A stretch of DNA of 64,000 bases from Anaerolineae bacterium (GTDB taxonomy: Bacteria; Chloroflexota; Anaerolineae; Aggregatilineales; Aggregatilineaceae). The stretch spans positions 3,313 through 67,312 of the forward strand of contig DAOUFU010000013.1 of assembly GCA_034429275.1 (NCBI GenBank). Reading direction: 5' to 3'. The translations under genes were made by a program, and so were the position numbers. Under the pieces are notes generated by a model. The model had not been told where the DNA came from. It ran no database searches and saw nothing but the letters and a program-made list of their open reading frames with translations. Every line of letters starts with the position of its first letter. Within the stretch, counting starts at the first letter, position 1. Shown in pieces: positions 10,465-20,386 of this stretch.

Positions 10465-10492
10465 AGGCTGCCCACAAGGCAGCCTTTTTGTT
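10465..10492. terminator. Bidirectional rho-independent terminator between convergent pstB and mrpG
   Basis: AGGCTGCC-cacaa-GGCAGCCT is followed by TTTTTGTT on the plus strand. It lies in the 64-nt gap between two convergent operons. Confidence 0.6.
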
Positions 10493-10504
10493 GGCGGCGC
10501 TCAA

Positions 10505-10915
10505 TCAGGGTTCCGAGGGTGTGGTTTCTTTGATGTCAAGCGAATCGCCGGTGGATTCGCAGCTATCGAGGACATGCGTCACCGGGTCGTAATGCCCTGC
10601 CAGCTCATCGGCGATGGTCTCTTTCGCCAGCTTGACGCCTACAAAATAGCCCGCCCGGCCCAACATATGCGCGGCGATGGGCGCGGTCAGCAGCAGGAAA
10701 ACGATCGTCGCCGCTGCACGGCTGGTGATTCCCACATTGTCGAAGTGAACGGCCACCGCCGCCAGAATGAAGCCGGACCCCAGGGTAGCTGCTTTGGTGC
10801 TGGCCGACATCCGCAGGAACAAATCGGGCATCCGCAGCACTCCCAAAGCGGCAACCAACATAAACAGCGCCCCTCCCAGCATCAGCGCGGCGGTCAAGAC
10901 ATCCTGCATTGTCAC
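10505..10915 (-). CDS. mrpG: Na+/H+ (cation/proton) antiporter subunit G
   Basis: 136-aa ORF with LGVLRMPDLFLRMSASTKAATLG (MnhG/PhaG signature region). It has a 4-nt overlap with mrpF and is the last gene of the mrp operon. Confidence 0.8.
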   Translation of the reverse strand: MTMQDVLTAALMLGGALFMLVAALGVLRMPDLFLRMSASTKAATLGSGFILAAVAVHFDNVGITSRAAATIVFLLLTAPIAAHMLGRAGYFVGVKLAKETIADELAGHYDPVTHVLDSCESTGDSLDIKETTPSEP

Positions 10916-11178
10916 ACCCTCCGTTCGATGTAATACGCAAAAGCAACCGTCCCCAGGAATGAGATCAGGGCCATCGCGATAGCCACATCGAGGAAGGCTG
11001 CCTGCTCAGTTGCAATCGCATAAGCAGCGATGATTCCAATTCCCAGCGCGCTCATCAGGTCTAGCGCGACCACCCGGTCGGGCAGGCTGGGTCCGCGCAC
11101 CAGCCGCACGAACACGATCCCCACCGAGAGAACCAGCATAGGCATCACTATGTAGGTGGTGAAGTCATCGAGGTTCAT
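10912..11178 (-). CDS. mrpF: Cation/proton antiporter subunit F
   Basis: 88-aa membrane ORF with VRLVRGPSLPDRVVALDL, typical of MrpF/MnhF. It overlaps both neighbours by 4 nt. Confidence 0.8.
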   Translation of the reverse strand: MNLDDFTTYIVMPMLVLSVGIVFVRLVRGPSLPDRVVALDLMSALGIGIIAAYAIATEQAAFLDVAIAMALISFLGTVAFAYYIERRV

Positions 11179-11651
11179 TTTCGCAGCAACTCCATCACAC
11201 GGCGCTCAAACCCCTGCTTGATCTCCTGGCGAAAGCTGTCCAGGTCGTCAACAAAGATGGTATGAACGTACATCACGCAGCGATCCTGCGAGACATCCAG
11301 GTAGAGCGTGCCGGGGGTCAGCGTGATCAGGTTGGCCAGCAGCGTGATTTCCGCGTCTGTCTGAATGTCGAGCGGGATGGCGACAATCGCCGGGCGCATG
11401 ATTGGGCGCGGCGAGATGACCATAAGCATGACGCGCAGGCTGGCCACCACCAGTTCTTTGAAAAAAAACAGCGCAAAACCTACCGCCTGCGGGACCTTGA
11501 CGAAATAATTGGATGGCTGCATCAAGCGTTGAGTCAGCCACAGCAGGGCAAACCCCACTGCAAAGCCCACCGCCAGGTTCGCCGGGGAGAAGGTGCCGGT
11601 CAGTGCGGCCCAGGCCAGGGCCAACAGGTTATTCAGTAAGAACAGGGTCAC
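11175..11651 (-). CDS. mrpE: Cation/proton antiporter subunit E
   Basis: 158-aa ORF with two N-terminal TM helices and an MnhE-like C-terminal domain. Operon position is between D and F. Confidence 0.75.
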   Translation of the reverse strand: MTLFLLNNLLALAWAALTGTFSPANLAVGFAVGFALLWLTQRLMQPSNYFVKVPQAVGFALFFFKELVVASLRVMLMVISPRPIMRPAIVAIPLDIQTDAEITLLANLITLTPGTLYLDVSQDRCVMYVHTIFVDDLDSFRQEIKQGFERRVMELLRK

Positions 11652-13150
11652 GCGCCACCTCCTAACACGGCCCGAATATATAGCGTCGGATCGAGCAGTT
11701 GGGCTGCCGCCTCCTGGGCCAGCTTGAGCACCGGCTCCGCCCCGATGCCCATGATCAGGGTCAGCGCGGCCAGCGTGACGGTGGGCGCCAGCAGCGAGAA
11801 ACGATTCGTCACCGGCGAGAACGCGGTGTCAGGGTCGCCATCGGGATAATCCTTCCAGAAGGCTTCGGCCCAGATCTTGGTCATCGAGAAGAGCGTCAGC
11901 ACGCTCACGACCAGCGAAACACCGACAATCACATAGTCGGAGGTCTCCAGCCCGGCACGGACCAGGGTCAGCTTGGCCCAGAACCCGGAAAACGGCGGCA
12001 GACCCGCCAGCGCCATCGCCGGAAGGAAGAACAGCACGGCCAGGCCGGGCCGCGCGCGGTACAGGCCGCCCAGGTGCTTGAGATCGTAGCTGCCCGCCAC
12101 CTGTCGCACAATCCCGCTGACCAAAAACAGCGCGGACTTGGCGAAGATCACGTGCACCATGAAGTAGATCGTGCCGGTGAGCGCCAGTTCGCTGAACAGG
12201 CCCAGCCCCATCAGCAGGTAGCCGATCTGGCTGATGATATGGAACGACAGCAGCCGCCGGACTTCCGTCTGGGCGACGGCCCCCAGCACACCGGTGACCA
12301 TCGTGAACCCAGCGATCACCAGCATGAGCGTGTGTGTGTAGTTCACGTCCTGCACAAAGATCAGCGTGAAGACGCGCACCAGGGCATAAACGCCCACTTT
12401 CGTCAGCAGGGCGGAAAACAACGCCGTGATGGCAATCGGCGGGGTGTGGTAGGACGCAGGCAGCCAGAAGAACAACGGAAACAGGCCCGCCTTGATGCCA
12501 AACGCGATCAAAAACAAGACAGCCAGCACCGTTGTCAGCCCATAATCTACCCGCCCACTGCTGACCTGCCGCGCCAGGTCGGCCATGTTCAGCGTGCCGG
12601 TCACGCTGTAGAGGATGCCGACCGAGGTCAGGAACAAGGCAGACGACAGCAGGTTGATGGTGACGTACTTCAGCGCGCCTTCAAGCTGCTCGCGCTGGCC
12701 GCCCAGGGCCATCAGCACAAACGACGCGATCAACATCACCTCGAACCAGACATACAGGTTGAACATATCCCCGGTCAAAAATGCGCCACTGACACCCATC
12801 AACAGCGTGTGCAGCAGGGGATAGTACCCAAAGGCTTCGCGGTCCCTGTCGATGCTGCCCAGTGAATAGACGGCCACCAGCAGGCCCATCAGGCCTGTCA
12901 TCGCCACCATGATCGCGCTGAGCAGATCGGCCACCAGGGTGATGCCGAACGGAGCGGGCCAGTTGCCGATCTGGGTGGCCTGGATGCCATCGCGCCAGAC
13001 CAGCGCCAGCAGCACGAACCCCGATACTACGTGAGCAATCGCGCCCACCACATTGATCCGGCGCTGAACGGCGAGGTTATGCCAGAACAACATGGCACTG
13101 ACAGCCGTCAGGAAAGGCACCAATACCGGCAGCAAGAGCACAATATTCAT
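11648..13150 (-). CDS. mrpD: Cation/proton antiporter subunit D (NuoM/N-like)
   Basis: 500-aa polytopic ORF with NuoM/NuoN-type proton-pumping subunit features ([27 protein letters not shown]). Confidence 0.85.
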   Translation of the reverse strand: MNIVLLLPVLVPFLTAVSAMLFWHNLAVQRRINVVGAIAHVVSGFVLLALVWRDGIQATQIGNWPAPFGITLVADLLSAIMVAMTGLMGLLVAVYSLGSIDRDREAFGYYPLLHTLLMGVSGAFLTGDMFNLYVWFEVMLIASFVLMALGGQREQLEGALKYVTINLLSSALFLTSVGILYSVTGTLNMADLARQVSSGRVDYGLTTVLAVLFLIAFGIKAGLFPLFFWLPASYHTPPIAITALFSALLTKVGVYALVRVFTLIFVQDVNYTHTLMLVIAGFTMVTGVLGAVAQTEVRRLLSFHIISQIGYLLMGLGLFSELALTGTIYFMVHVIFAKSALFLVSGIVRQVAGSYDLKHLGGLYRARPGLAVLFFLPAMALAGLPPFSGFWAKLTLVRAGLETSDYVIVGVSLVVSVLTLFSMTKIWAEAFWKDYPDGDPDTAFSPVTNRFSLLAPTVTLAALTLIMGIGAEPVLKLAQEAAAQLLDPTLYIRAVLGGGA

Positions 13151-13539
13151 GTGCGACTCCTCGGTTTGATGTCCGGCAGCTTGACTTTGGTCCGTTCTTC
13201 GGTCGAACGGATGCCGTCGAGATCATCAGTATTGGTAGATTGGTAGGTGCGCTTGAACAGCACCAACGCGAACGCCTGCACTCCAAAGCCGATGACCAGC
13301 GCAGTCAGGATCAGCGCTTGCGGCAGCGGATCGGCAAACGGCTCGGCAGGCCGGGTCATGCCCTCAGCGATCAACGGGGGCGATCCGCGCGTCACGCCGT
13401 TCACCGTGAAGATCAGCAGGCTTGAGGCATATCCTAACAGCGACAGCCCGATCACTACCTTCACAAAGCTGCGGCGCATCATCATGTACAGCCCGGCGCT
13501 GTAGAGTGCGCCGATCAATATAGCGAGCAGCACTTCCAT
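13147..13539 (-). CDS. mrpC: Cation/proton antiporter subunit C (NuoK-like)
   Basis: 130-aa ORF with three TM helices and a NuoK-like N-terminus ([23 protein letters not shown]). It has an unusual charged C-terminal tail. Confidence 0.8.
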   Translation of the reverse strand: MEVLLAILIGALYSAGLYMMMRRSFVKVVIGLSLLGYASSLLIFTVNGVTRGSPPLIAEGMTRPAEPFADPLPQALILTALVIGFGVQAFALVLFKRTYQSTNTDDLDGIRSTEERTKVKLPDIKPRSRT

Positions 13540-13541
13540 CG

Positions 13542-13961
13542 CTAACTTTCCCCCTCGGCCTCGATCAGCGCAAAAATGATGGTGAGCACCACGCCAATCA
13601 CCACCAGATAAACCCCGATGTCAAACATCAACGGCGTGCCCAGCTTGCCGATGACGCCTATTTCACGCGTATCCCAGCGCGCGGTCATGAACGGGCGGCC
13701 ATAGAACCACCCAACCACACCGCTGACCGCCGCAATCATCAGCCCGACTCCGATCAAGCGGCGTGAACTGACGCGCAACAGCAGGCGAGCAGCTTCCACG
13801 CCGTAAGCGATGGCGTAGAGCGCAAAAGCAGTCGCCGCCACCAGCCCGCCGACAAATCCTCCACCCGGCTCGTTGTGCCCACGCAGCAGCGTAAAGATCG
13901 AAAACAGCAGCAGCAGCGGCAGCAAATAGCGAGTAGCCGTTCGCAAAACTACCGAATCCAT
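13542..13961 (-). CDS. mrpB: Cation/proton antiporter subunit B
   Basis: 139-aa ORF with the MnhB signature [14 protein letters not shown]. Confidence 0.8.
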   Translation of the reverse strand: MDSVVLRTATRYLLPLLLLFSIFTLLRGHNEPGGGFVGGLVAATAFALYAIAYGVEAARLLLRVSSRRLIGVGLMIAAVSGVVGWFYGRPFMTARWDTREIGVIGKLGTPLMFDIGVYLVVIGVVLTIIFALIEAEGES

Positions 13962-13993
13962 ACCCCTTCCCTCCCAGATCGTGCGTTCACGGC

Positions 13994-16363
13994 CTAATCC
14001 GCTGTCGGTTCCGTGGGCCGAACGGCAGCTTGCTGAATCGTGTCGCGCGGGATGCTGGCCTGCGATTCTTCTGTCGGGGCGGGGCGCAGCTTGAGCAGCG
14101 CAAAGACGCCCGCCGCCGCCACCGACAGCACCACGATCTCGCCCAGGGTGTCAAATGCCCGGAAGTCCACCAGGATCACGTTGACAATATTTCGCCCTTT
14201 GGCCAGGACCAGGCTGTTTTCGGCGAAAAAGGATGTGAGCCGCGTGTGAGAGGCGTCCGCCGTCACCACCAGCACAATCAGAGTCATCATGATCCCGGCG
14301 CTGAGCGCGATAATCGCATCGCGGATGTGGGCGGGGCGGTTGGTCAGCCGCCCGAAGCGCGGCAGGCGGTAGAGCACCAGCACATACAACAGCACTGTCA
14401 GAGTCTCGATGGCGAACTGGGTCATGGCCAGGTCTGGCGCGCCAAAGAAAATGAACAGCAGGGCGATGCTGTAGCCCACCGTGCCGAGCGCCGCCACCGC
14501 CGCCAGCCGCGACCGAACCTGCGTCACGGTGAAGGTTGCGGCCAGGATCACGACGGCGATCAGCACCTCATAGAATCGGGCTTCGGGCGCGCGCCAGACG
14601 CCGTCCAGGGGCACCTGCGAGAGCAGTGTATAGCCAACAACTGCCGTGGTGAACAGGACGATAGTCATCAGGTACACGCGGAGATAGCCGTTTTGCAGCA
14701 CGCGGGTCTGGTAATCTGCCGTCCACAACATGCCCGCCAACGTCGCGCGGTAGCCACGCTCTGGGCCGAAGCGGTTGCCCACATCGACCCTGGCCGCGTA
14801 GGGCAGCGCCTTGTGGCGCAATGCATACAGGGTGAGGCCCGCCGCGACGGTGAGCACGCTCAACAGCAACACCACGTTCAGGCCGGGCCACAGCACCAGC
14901 TCCACCTTTGCGCCGGAATTCAGCGTCGCCCGCACCGCCCCCTTGACCAGGTAGGTAGCAGCTACGGACGGCAGGAACCCAAACGCCAGCCCAAGCGCCG
15001 CCAGCAGAACCGGTCCCAATGTCATGCTGAGCGGGGCTTCATGGGGCGTGTGTGGAGTCTGACCCGGCTTGCCCAGGAATGGTTTGAGGCTAACGAGGGC
15101 AGCGGCCACTACCGTCAGGATGCTGCTGAAAACCGCGAGCGTCGTCAGAATCGCGGCCAGGTTCGGGGCATCATAGGCGGCTTTGTAAAAGACCTCCTTG
15201 GCGATAAAGCCGAACAGCGGCGGCAGTCCGGCCATCGACGCTGCCGCCAGCAGCGCCGCCGTACCGGTGAACGGCATTGCGCGCCAGAATCCGCCCATCA
15301 TCGTGCCATCGCGCGTACCGGTCTCGTGATCCAGCGACCCGGCCACCAGGAACAGCGCGCCTTTGTACAGCGAATGCGCCACCAGCATGGTGAGCGCCGC
15401 CTTCACCGCATAATCGGTCCCGATGCCCAACAGCATCACCAGAATGCCCAACGAACTGACCGTCGAATAGGCCAGGATGCGCTTGAGATCGACCTGCTGC
15501 CACGCGATAAACGCGCCGAGGACCATAGTCACTGCCCCGAAAGCAGTGACCATCCCCTGCCATTCATCGGTGCCGCCCAGGATCGGATTCAGGCGCGCCA
15601 ACAGGTAAATGCCCGCCTTGACCATCGTGGCCGAATGCAGGTAAGCGCTGACAGGCGTCGGTGCAGCCATCGCTCCGGGCAGCCAGAAATGAAAGGGGAA
15701 CTGGGCCGACTTGGTGAAGGCTCCTGCCAGCACCAACACCAGGATCGCCGGGTACAGGCTGCCGGCCTGCACCACTGAGGACTGAGTCACCATTGCACTG
15801 ATGGTATATGTTCCGGTCACGTGGCCGAGCAAAACCAGGCCAGCCAGCAGCGCCAACCCACCGCCGCCGGTGACCAACAGGGCCTGCAGCGCCGCCTGCC
15901 GGGAGTCGGCCTTGTCGTGCTTGAAACCGATCAGCAGGTAAGAACTGATGCTGGTGAGTTCCCAGAACACAAACAGGGTGATCAGGTTATCGGCCAGCAC
16001 CACGCCCAACATCGCGCCCATGAACATCAACAGGTAGGCATAGAAGCGGCCCAGCAACGGGTCGTGCTTCAGGTAGCCGCTGCCATATAGCACAACCAGC
16101 ACCCCGATGCCGCTGATGATCAAGGCGAACACCAGGCCCAACCCATCCATGCGAAAGGCCAGGTCGATCCCCAGCGATGGAATCCAGGCAAAGGACTGCT
16201 CGAAGGTGCGCCCGTCGGCGATACGCGCCAGGTATGAGCCAAGATAGACCGTGATGCCAAACGGCAGTAGAGCGATCACCCAACCCGCCCGGTCGCGCAA
16301 AGTGCGCTGGATGAGCGGGGCAAACACTGCCGCGGCGAATCCGGCCAGCACTGCCATCACCAT
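13994..16363 (-). CDS. mrpA: Cation/proton antiporter subunit A (NuoL-like plus MrpB-like C-terminal domain)
   Basis: 789-aa polytopic ORF with a NuoL-type core ([46 protein letters not shown]). It is the first gene of the seven-gene mrp operon. Confidence 0.85.
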   Translation of the reverse strand: MVMAVLAGFAAAVFAPLIQRTLRDRAGWVIALLPFGITVYLGSYLARIADGRTFEQSFAWIPSLGIDLAFRMDGLGLVFALIISGIGVLVVLYGSGYLKHDPLLGRFYAYLLMFMGAMLGVVLADNLITLFVFWELTSISSYLLIGFKHDKADSRQAALQALLVTGGGGLALLAGLVLLGHVTGTYTISAMVTQSSVVQAGSLYPAILVLVLAGAFTKSAQFPFHFWLPGAMAAPTPVSAYLHSATMVKAGIYLLARLNPILGGTDEWQGMVTAFGAVTMVLGAFIAWQQVDLKRILAYSTVSSLGILVMLLGIGTDYAVKAALTMLVAHSLYKGALFLVAGSLDHETGTRDGTMMGGFWRAMPFTGTAALLAAASMAGLPPLFGFIAKEVFYKAAYDAPNLAAILTTLAVFSSILTVVAAALVSLKPFLGKPGQTPHTPHEAPLSMTLGPVLLAALGLAFGFLPSVAATYLVKGAVRATLNSGAKVELVLWPGLNVVLLLSVLTVAAGLTLYALRHKALPYAARVDVGNRFGPERGYRATLAGMLWTADYQTRVLQNGYLRVYLMTIVLFTTAVVGYTLLSQVPLDGVWRAPEARFYEVLIAVVILAATFTVTQVRSRLAAVAALGTVGYSIALLFIFFGAPDLAMTQFAIETLTVLLYVLVLYRLPRFGRLTNRPAHIRDAIIALSAGIMMTLIVLVVTADASHTRLTSFFAENSLVLAKGRNIVNVILVDFRAFDTLGEIVVLSVAAAGVFALLKLRPAPTEESQASIPRDTIQQAAVRPTEPTAD

Positions 16364-16536
16364 AACTGACTCTCCTCATCCTGCTGTGTGTATGTTGATC
16401 CTGGTCGGGAGATCATAAAAAACGGTTTGAGGCTGTCTCTATGATGTTCGCAAGATTTGATCGGTTGCACAAGGTTTTTTTGGACAAAACCTGCTCATTA
16501 CATACCTGATGGGTGCCCAGTGGTGATCCAGACCTA

Positions 16537-16545
16537 TGTTACAAT
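16537..16545 (+). promoter_or_regulatory. Candidate extended -10 promoter element for ppk2
   Basis: TGtTACAAT lies in the AT-rich divergent mrpA/ppk2 spacer, about 48 nt upstream of the ppk2 ATG. GAGGACTGGAG serves as the RBS. I found no convincing -35. Confidence 0.3.
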
Positions 16546-16592
16546 ATTAACAATATCATTCACACGTTTGACACCATCAGCGAGGACTGGAG

Positions 16593-17495
16593 ATGGGTAA
16601 ATCGAACGGGAAAAAATCCGATCACGCCGTGAAAGTGAACGGCAAATCCGCATCAAAAAAGCTGCCCAAATCGACCGTCAAATGTATCTCCAATTCGTTT
16701 TATGAAGCCGAGCTGAAACGCCTGTACTTAGAGTTAGTCAAGCTGCAATACTGGATTCAGGATCAAGGACTGCGGGTGCTCATCACCTTTGACGGGCGCG
16801 ACGCAGCAGGCAAAGGCAGCATCATCAAGCGGCTCACCGAACCGCTCAACCCGCGCGGCGTGCGCATGGTCGCGCTGGGCAAACCCACTGAGCGCGAACA
16901 AACCCAGTGGTATTTTCAGCGGTATGTGGCGCACCTGCCCTCTGCCGGTGAGATCGTGATCTTCGACCGAAGCTGGTACAACCGCGCCACCGTCGAGCAC
17001 ATTATGGGGTTTTGCACCGACCGGCAGTACTGGGAATTTTTGCGCTCCGCGCCAGAGTTCGAGCGTATGTTGGTGCGCAGCGGGATCATCCTGCTCAAAT
17101 ACTGGCTCTCAGTGAGCGATGAAGAGCAGGAACTGCGCTTCCAGTCGCGCGCGGCAGACCCCACCCGGCGCTGGAAGCTCAGCCCCATCGACCTCAAATC
17201 GCGCGAGATGTGGGTCGAATATTCCAAAGCCAAAGACATCATGATGGAATACACCGACATCCCCGAAGCGCCCTGGTACCAGGTCAACGGGGACGACAAG
17301 CGCCGCGCGCGGCTCAACGTCATCCGCCACATCCTCAGCATGATTCCCTACGAGGACATCATCCCGGAGCCGATTGAGCTGCCAGAGCGCCCGCCCGATG
17401 ACGAAAACTACACCCGTCCACCCATGAACGCGCATATTTATATCACCGATCATTATGCCGATAAGGTGAACAGCGGCAAAAAATCGAAGAAGTGA
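16593..17495 (+). CDS. ppk2: Polyphosphate kinase 2 (single-domain PPK2)
   Basis: 300-aa ORF with classical PPK2 motifs: ITFDGRDAAGKGSIIKRL (Walker A-like), WYFQRYVAHLP and IFDRSWYNR. Confidence 0.85.
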   Translation: MGKSNGKKSDHAVKVNGKSASKKLPKSTVKCISNSFYEAELKRLYLELVKLQYWIQDQGLRVLITFDGRDAAGKGSIIKRLTEPLNPRGVRMVALGKPTEREQTQWYFQRYVAHLPSAGEIVIFDRSWYNRATVEHIMGFCTDRQYWEFLRSAPEFERMLVRSGIILLKYWLSVSDEEQELRFQSRAADPTRRWKLSPIDLKSREMWVEYSKAKDIMMEYTDIPEAPWYQVNGDDKRRARLNVIRHILSMIPYEDIIPEPIELPERPPDDENYTRPPMNAHIYITDHYADKVNSGKKSKK

Positions 17496-17564
17496 TAGGG
17501 ATAGGTGGATGATAACCTGCCCGCGTGCCGACCCAAAATCACCCTTCCGGTAGTGCAATGGGCG

Positions 17565-17573
17565 TGCTATAAT
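17565..17573 (+). promoter_or_regulatory. Extended -10 element (TGcTATAAT) giving a near-leaderless tadA transcript
   Basis: TGCTATAAT at 17565-17573 would place the predicted TSS around 17580, 3-4 nt before the ATG at 17584. No Shine-Dalgarno precedes either candidate ATG. Confidence 0.4.
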
Positions 17574-17583
17574 GCGCCGCACG

Positions 17584-18045
17584 ATGGACGACATCACCTG
17601 GATGCACGCGGCCCTGGACGAAGCCCGGCGCGCCCTGGAGCATGACGACGTGCCGATCGGCGCGGTCGTTGTGCGCGGGGACACGCTCATCGCGCGGGCA
17701 CACAACCGGCGCGAGGCCGATGGCGACCCGACTGCCCACGCCGAACTGCTGGCTATCCGGGCGGCCTCACAGGTGATCGGCCATTGGAGGCTCGAAGGCT
17801 GCACGCTTTACTGTACGCTGGAACCGTGCGCGATGTGTGCGGGCGCGATGGTGCTGGCGCGCGTGCCCCGGTTGGTCTTCGCCGCCTCTGACCCTAAGGC
17901 TGGGGCTGGAGGCAGCATCATGGACCTGCTGCATCATCCCCGGCTCAACCACCTGGTTGAGGTGGTTGGGGGCGTCCTGGCCGACGAAAGCGCGGCCCTG
18001 ATCCGGGATTTCTTCGCCCGGCTGCGCGCCGAAGGGCAAAAGTAA
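17584..18045 (+). CDS. tadA: tRNA-specific adenosine deaminase TadA
   Basis: CDA-fold zinc motifs HAELLAI and TLEPCAMCAGA are present, with N-terminus MDDITWMHAALDEARRALEHDDVPIGAVVV. The ORF track starts at 17572, but that ATG lies inside the -10 element, so 17584 is preferred. Confidence 0.8.
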   Translation: MDDITWMHAALDEARRALEHDDVPIGAVVVRGDTLIARAHNRREADGDPTAHAELLAIRAASQVIGHWRLEGCTLYCTLEPCAMCAGAMVLARVPRLVFAASDPKAGAGGSIMDLLHHPRLNHLVEVVGGVLADESAALIRDFFARLRAEGQK

Positions 18046-18084
18046 CGCGCGGCCAGGGCTTTACAATTGAATAGTTCGACATAC

Positions 18085-18171
18085 GGAGGGGTGCCAGAGT
18101 GGTTGAATGGGGCGGTCTCGAAAACCGTTGTAGCGCTTGCGCTACCGTGGGTTCGAATCCCACCCCCTCCG
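18085..18171 (+). tRNA. tRNA-Ser (anticodon CGA), class II with long variable arm; CCA not encoded
   Basis: Acceptor GGAGGGG pairs with CCCCTCC. Anticodon arm is GCGGT-CTCGAAA-ACCGT (anticodon CGA). Variable stem is GTAGCGC-tt-GCGCTAC. T-arm is GTGGG-TTCGAAT-CCCAC. Confidence 0.9.
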
Positions 18172-18221
18172 CCTTGTTTTTCTTTCTCCGTGTCCCCTCT
18201 GCACATTTCTTGTGATCGCCC

Positions 18222-19265
18222 ATGACCGCCAGACACTCCCCGCGACCATCACCGGGCCGGACGCTGCTGTTGGCATTGGCGCTGCTGGCGCTGCTGTGTG
18301 CCGCGCTCGAATCTGGCGCGCGCCTGTTGATCGAGCCGGGATCGCGCCGGCTGGGCATTGGCAGCAGCAATCCTTACGTTGATGCCAAAGTGGGCGCGGT
18401 AGAGCGCCTCATCGACCGGGAAGGTTCGCTCGACTGCCTGCTGATCGGCAGCTCGGTCGTGTTCTATGGCCTGGTGCCCCAGGTGATCGAGCAGGCGTAT
18501 CGCGAGCGGACCGGGCAAGCGATCGCCTGCTATAACCTGGGCATCCCCGCCTTGACCGCGACCGGAGCCGAGGCACTGGCCGAAGCCGTCGTCGCGCGCT
18601 ACCAGCCGCGCCTGCTGGTCTATGGGTTCACGCTGCGCGCGCTGGCGCAGGATGTCCCACAGAGCAAAGAGGTCTACCAGCAGATCGTCGGGACGCCCTG
18701 GATTCGTTACCAGCGCGGCGAGTGGACGCTCGAAGGCTGGTTGATCGCCCAGTCCGACGCGCTGCGCTATTACCTGCCCTACCGGGACTGGATGCGCAGC
18801 GATTACCGCCAGCGCGAAGATCCGTACCGCCAGGCGGAGTCTGGCGGCGGCTATGCGCCTTTTGCCGGCGGCGGCGCGCTCAATCCTGAAACAGTGCATA
18901 TTCCTGCCTATTTCAGCCCTTACCGGCCCGATCCCGACGCGCTCAAAGCCTTTGCCGGGCTGGTCGCGCTCAATTCGCCAACCACGCAGGTGCTGCTGAT
19001 CGAGATGCCGCTGCCGCGCTTTTTCCTGGAGCAGATGGAAGGTGGCATAGCCGGTTACCTGGGCGAAATCGAGTCGCTGGCAGCGTGGGGGAAACGGTAC
19101 GGAGTGCCGCTATGGTCACTGTCGCCGCTAGACCTGGTGCCGCTCGAAGGGTGGGCCGAAGATGCGCACCATGTCAACGACCTGGGCGCGATCCAGGTCA
19201 GCGCGTGGTTGGGCGTGGCGCTGGCCGATGCTGCCATGACCGGGACGTTACCTCTGCCCCACTAG
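18222..19265 (+). CDS. Hypothetical membrane-anchored protein, possibly SGNH/DltD-like hydrolase fold
   Basis: 347-aa ORF with an N-terminal TM anchor (TLLLALALLALLCAAL). CLLIGSSVVFYG resembles an SGNH block I and EDAHHVNDLG resembles a block V DxxH. The fold assignment is weak. Confidence 0.55.
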   Translation: MTARHSPRPSPGRTLLLALALLALLCAALESGARLLIEPGSRRLGIGSSNPYVDAKVGAVERLIDREGSLDCLLIGSSVVFYGLVPQVIEQAYRERTGQAIACYNLGIPALTATGAEALAEAVVARYQPRLLVYGFTLRALAQDVPQSKEVYQQIVGTPWIRYQRGEWTLEGWLIAQSDALRYYLPYRDWMRSDYRQREDPYRQAESGGGYAPFAGGGALNPETVHIPAYFSPYRPDPDALKAFAGLVALNSPTTQVLLIEMPLPRFFLEQMEGGIAGYLGEIESLAAWGKRYGVPLWSLSPLDLVPLEGWAEDAHHVNDLGAIQVSAWLGVALADAAMTGTLPLPH

Positions 19266-19280
19266 CCTCGCGCGGCGCAG

Positions 19281-19310
19281 TTAGCGCGATCGGCGCGTCC
19301 TCATTACAAT
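19281..19310 (+). promoter_or_regulatory. Candidate promoter for the cold-shock gene
   Basis: TTAGCG-18 nt-TACAAT lies about 60 nt upstream of the csp ATG. That would give the long 5' UTR typical of csp genes. Confidence 0.3.
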
Positions 19311-19368
19311 GATAGCGTGCGCGGGCCGGAAGCTCGTGTGTAGATGGGGTAAGAAGGAGCAAGCAGCA

Positions 19369-19590
19369 ATGTCACAAGAACGTCACACCGGCGTGGTAAA
19401 GTGGTTCAATTCGCAAAAGGGATACGGCTTCATCGCGCCGGATGATGGCCCAGATGTGTTCGTCCACTACAGCGCAGTGGTCATGGAAGGCTTCCGCGAT
19501 CTGCGCGAGGGCGAGCGCGTCGAATTTTTCATCGTCGAGGGGCCGAAGGGGCCACAGGCCAGCGAAGTCGTCAAGGTGGCGCGCCGCTAG
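19369..19590 (+). CDS. Cold-shock protein (CspA family)
   Basis: The ATG at 19369 is preceded by [21 protein letters not shown] (RNP1) and VFVHYSAV (RNP2) are present. Length is 73 aa. Confidence 0.9.
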   Translation: MSQERHTGVVKWFNSQKGYGFIAPDDGPDVFVHYSAVVMEGFRDLREGERVEFFIVEGPKGPQASEVVKVARR

Positions 19591-19619
19591 GCGATGCGCG
19601 TAGAGGAGCAAACGCCCCG

Positions 19620-20372
19620 GTGAGCGATACTCTCGCTGGTGCACGGCTCGAAGGTTTTGTCTCGGTGCGGGCGGCACTTAAGAGCGGCAGCCGCCCGATC
19701 GAACGTATCGTGCTGCGGCGCGACAAAATGGACCGCGCCGTTGCCTGGCTCGAACACGAAGCTGCGCGTCGGCAAATTCCGGTTGAACGCGTCGATGCGG
19801 CCATCATTGACGCCCTGGCCGAAGGCAGTACACATGGCGGGGTCGTGGCCGAAGTCGGGCCGCGCCAGTTTGTCCCGCTTGACCAGATCGCCGCCGGGCA
19901 GCCTGCGCCCTTTGTGGTGATGCTGGATGGCGTTGAAGACCCGTTCAACTTTGGGCAGGCTGTGCGCGCGCTTTACGCAGCGGGCGCGCACGGGTTGGTT
20001 CTCCGTCCGCGCAACTGGCTTTCGGCGGCGAGCGTAGTTGCGCGTGCCTCTGCCGGGGCGACTGAATGGATGCCCACCGCCACAGCCGACACCGCGCAGG
20101 ATGCCGCCGAGGCGTTCCGCGCGCGTGGGCTGCAGGTCGCGGTGGCCTCCACCGAGCGCGCCATCTCCCTCTACGATGCCGACCTGACCAGGCCATTGTT
20201 TCTGGTCATCGGCGGCGAAAAACGCGGCATTACCCGGTCCTTCGAAGACCGCGCCGATCTCCGGCTGGCGATCCCCTACGCCAGCGACTTCGACCAATCG
20301 CTCGGCACGGCAGCAGCGGCGGCGGTGATCGCCTTCGAGGTTATGCGACAGCGCCGCGCGCGAGGAATCTGA
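19620..20372 (+). CDS. TrmH/SpoU-family RNA 2'-O-methyltransferase (RlmB-like)
   Basis: GTG start with GAGGAG upstream. SPOUT motifs are LDGVEDPFNFGQAVR, LVIGGEKRGI and IPYASDFDQSLGTAAAAAVIAFE. Confidence 0.75.
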   Translation: MSDTLAGARLEGFVSVRAALKSGSRPIERIVLRRDKMDRAVAWLEHEAARRQIPVERVDAAIIDALAEGSTHGGVVAEVGPRQFVPLDQIAAGQPAPFVVMLDGVEDPFNFGQAVRALYAAGAHGLVLRPRNWLSAASVVARASAGATEWMPTATADTAQDAAEAFRARGLQVAVASTERAISLYDADLTRPLFLVIGGEKRGITRSFEDRADLRLAIPYASDFDQSLGTAAAAAVIAFEVMRQRRARGI

Positions 20373-20386
20373 ACGGAGCAGCCCCG

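Noticed and set aside
14030-15778. 582-aa plus-strand ORF inside mrpA, and similar ORFs at 11699-12865, 2084-3094 and 357-1265
   Set aside because: They are antisense to polytopic transporter genes with clear family signatures. Their translations are Arg/His/Gln-rich with no hydrophobic structure or motifs.
20066-20386. N-terminal extensions offered by the ORF track
   Set aside because: The ORFs affected are the nuclease ORF 20066, pstA 7931, pstB 9334, CaCA 23377, PII-like 23559, opine DH 26335, beta-CASP 36710, RIO 44683, Eis-like 46713, Zn-ribbon 29056 and the LPXTG protein 56093. Each extension overlaps the preceding gene in another frame and is Arg/Pro/Gly-rich. Each is followed by an internal start with a proper RBS and a canonical family N-terminus.
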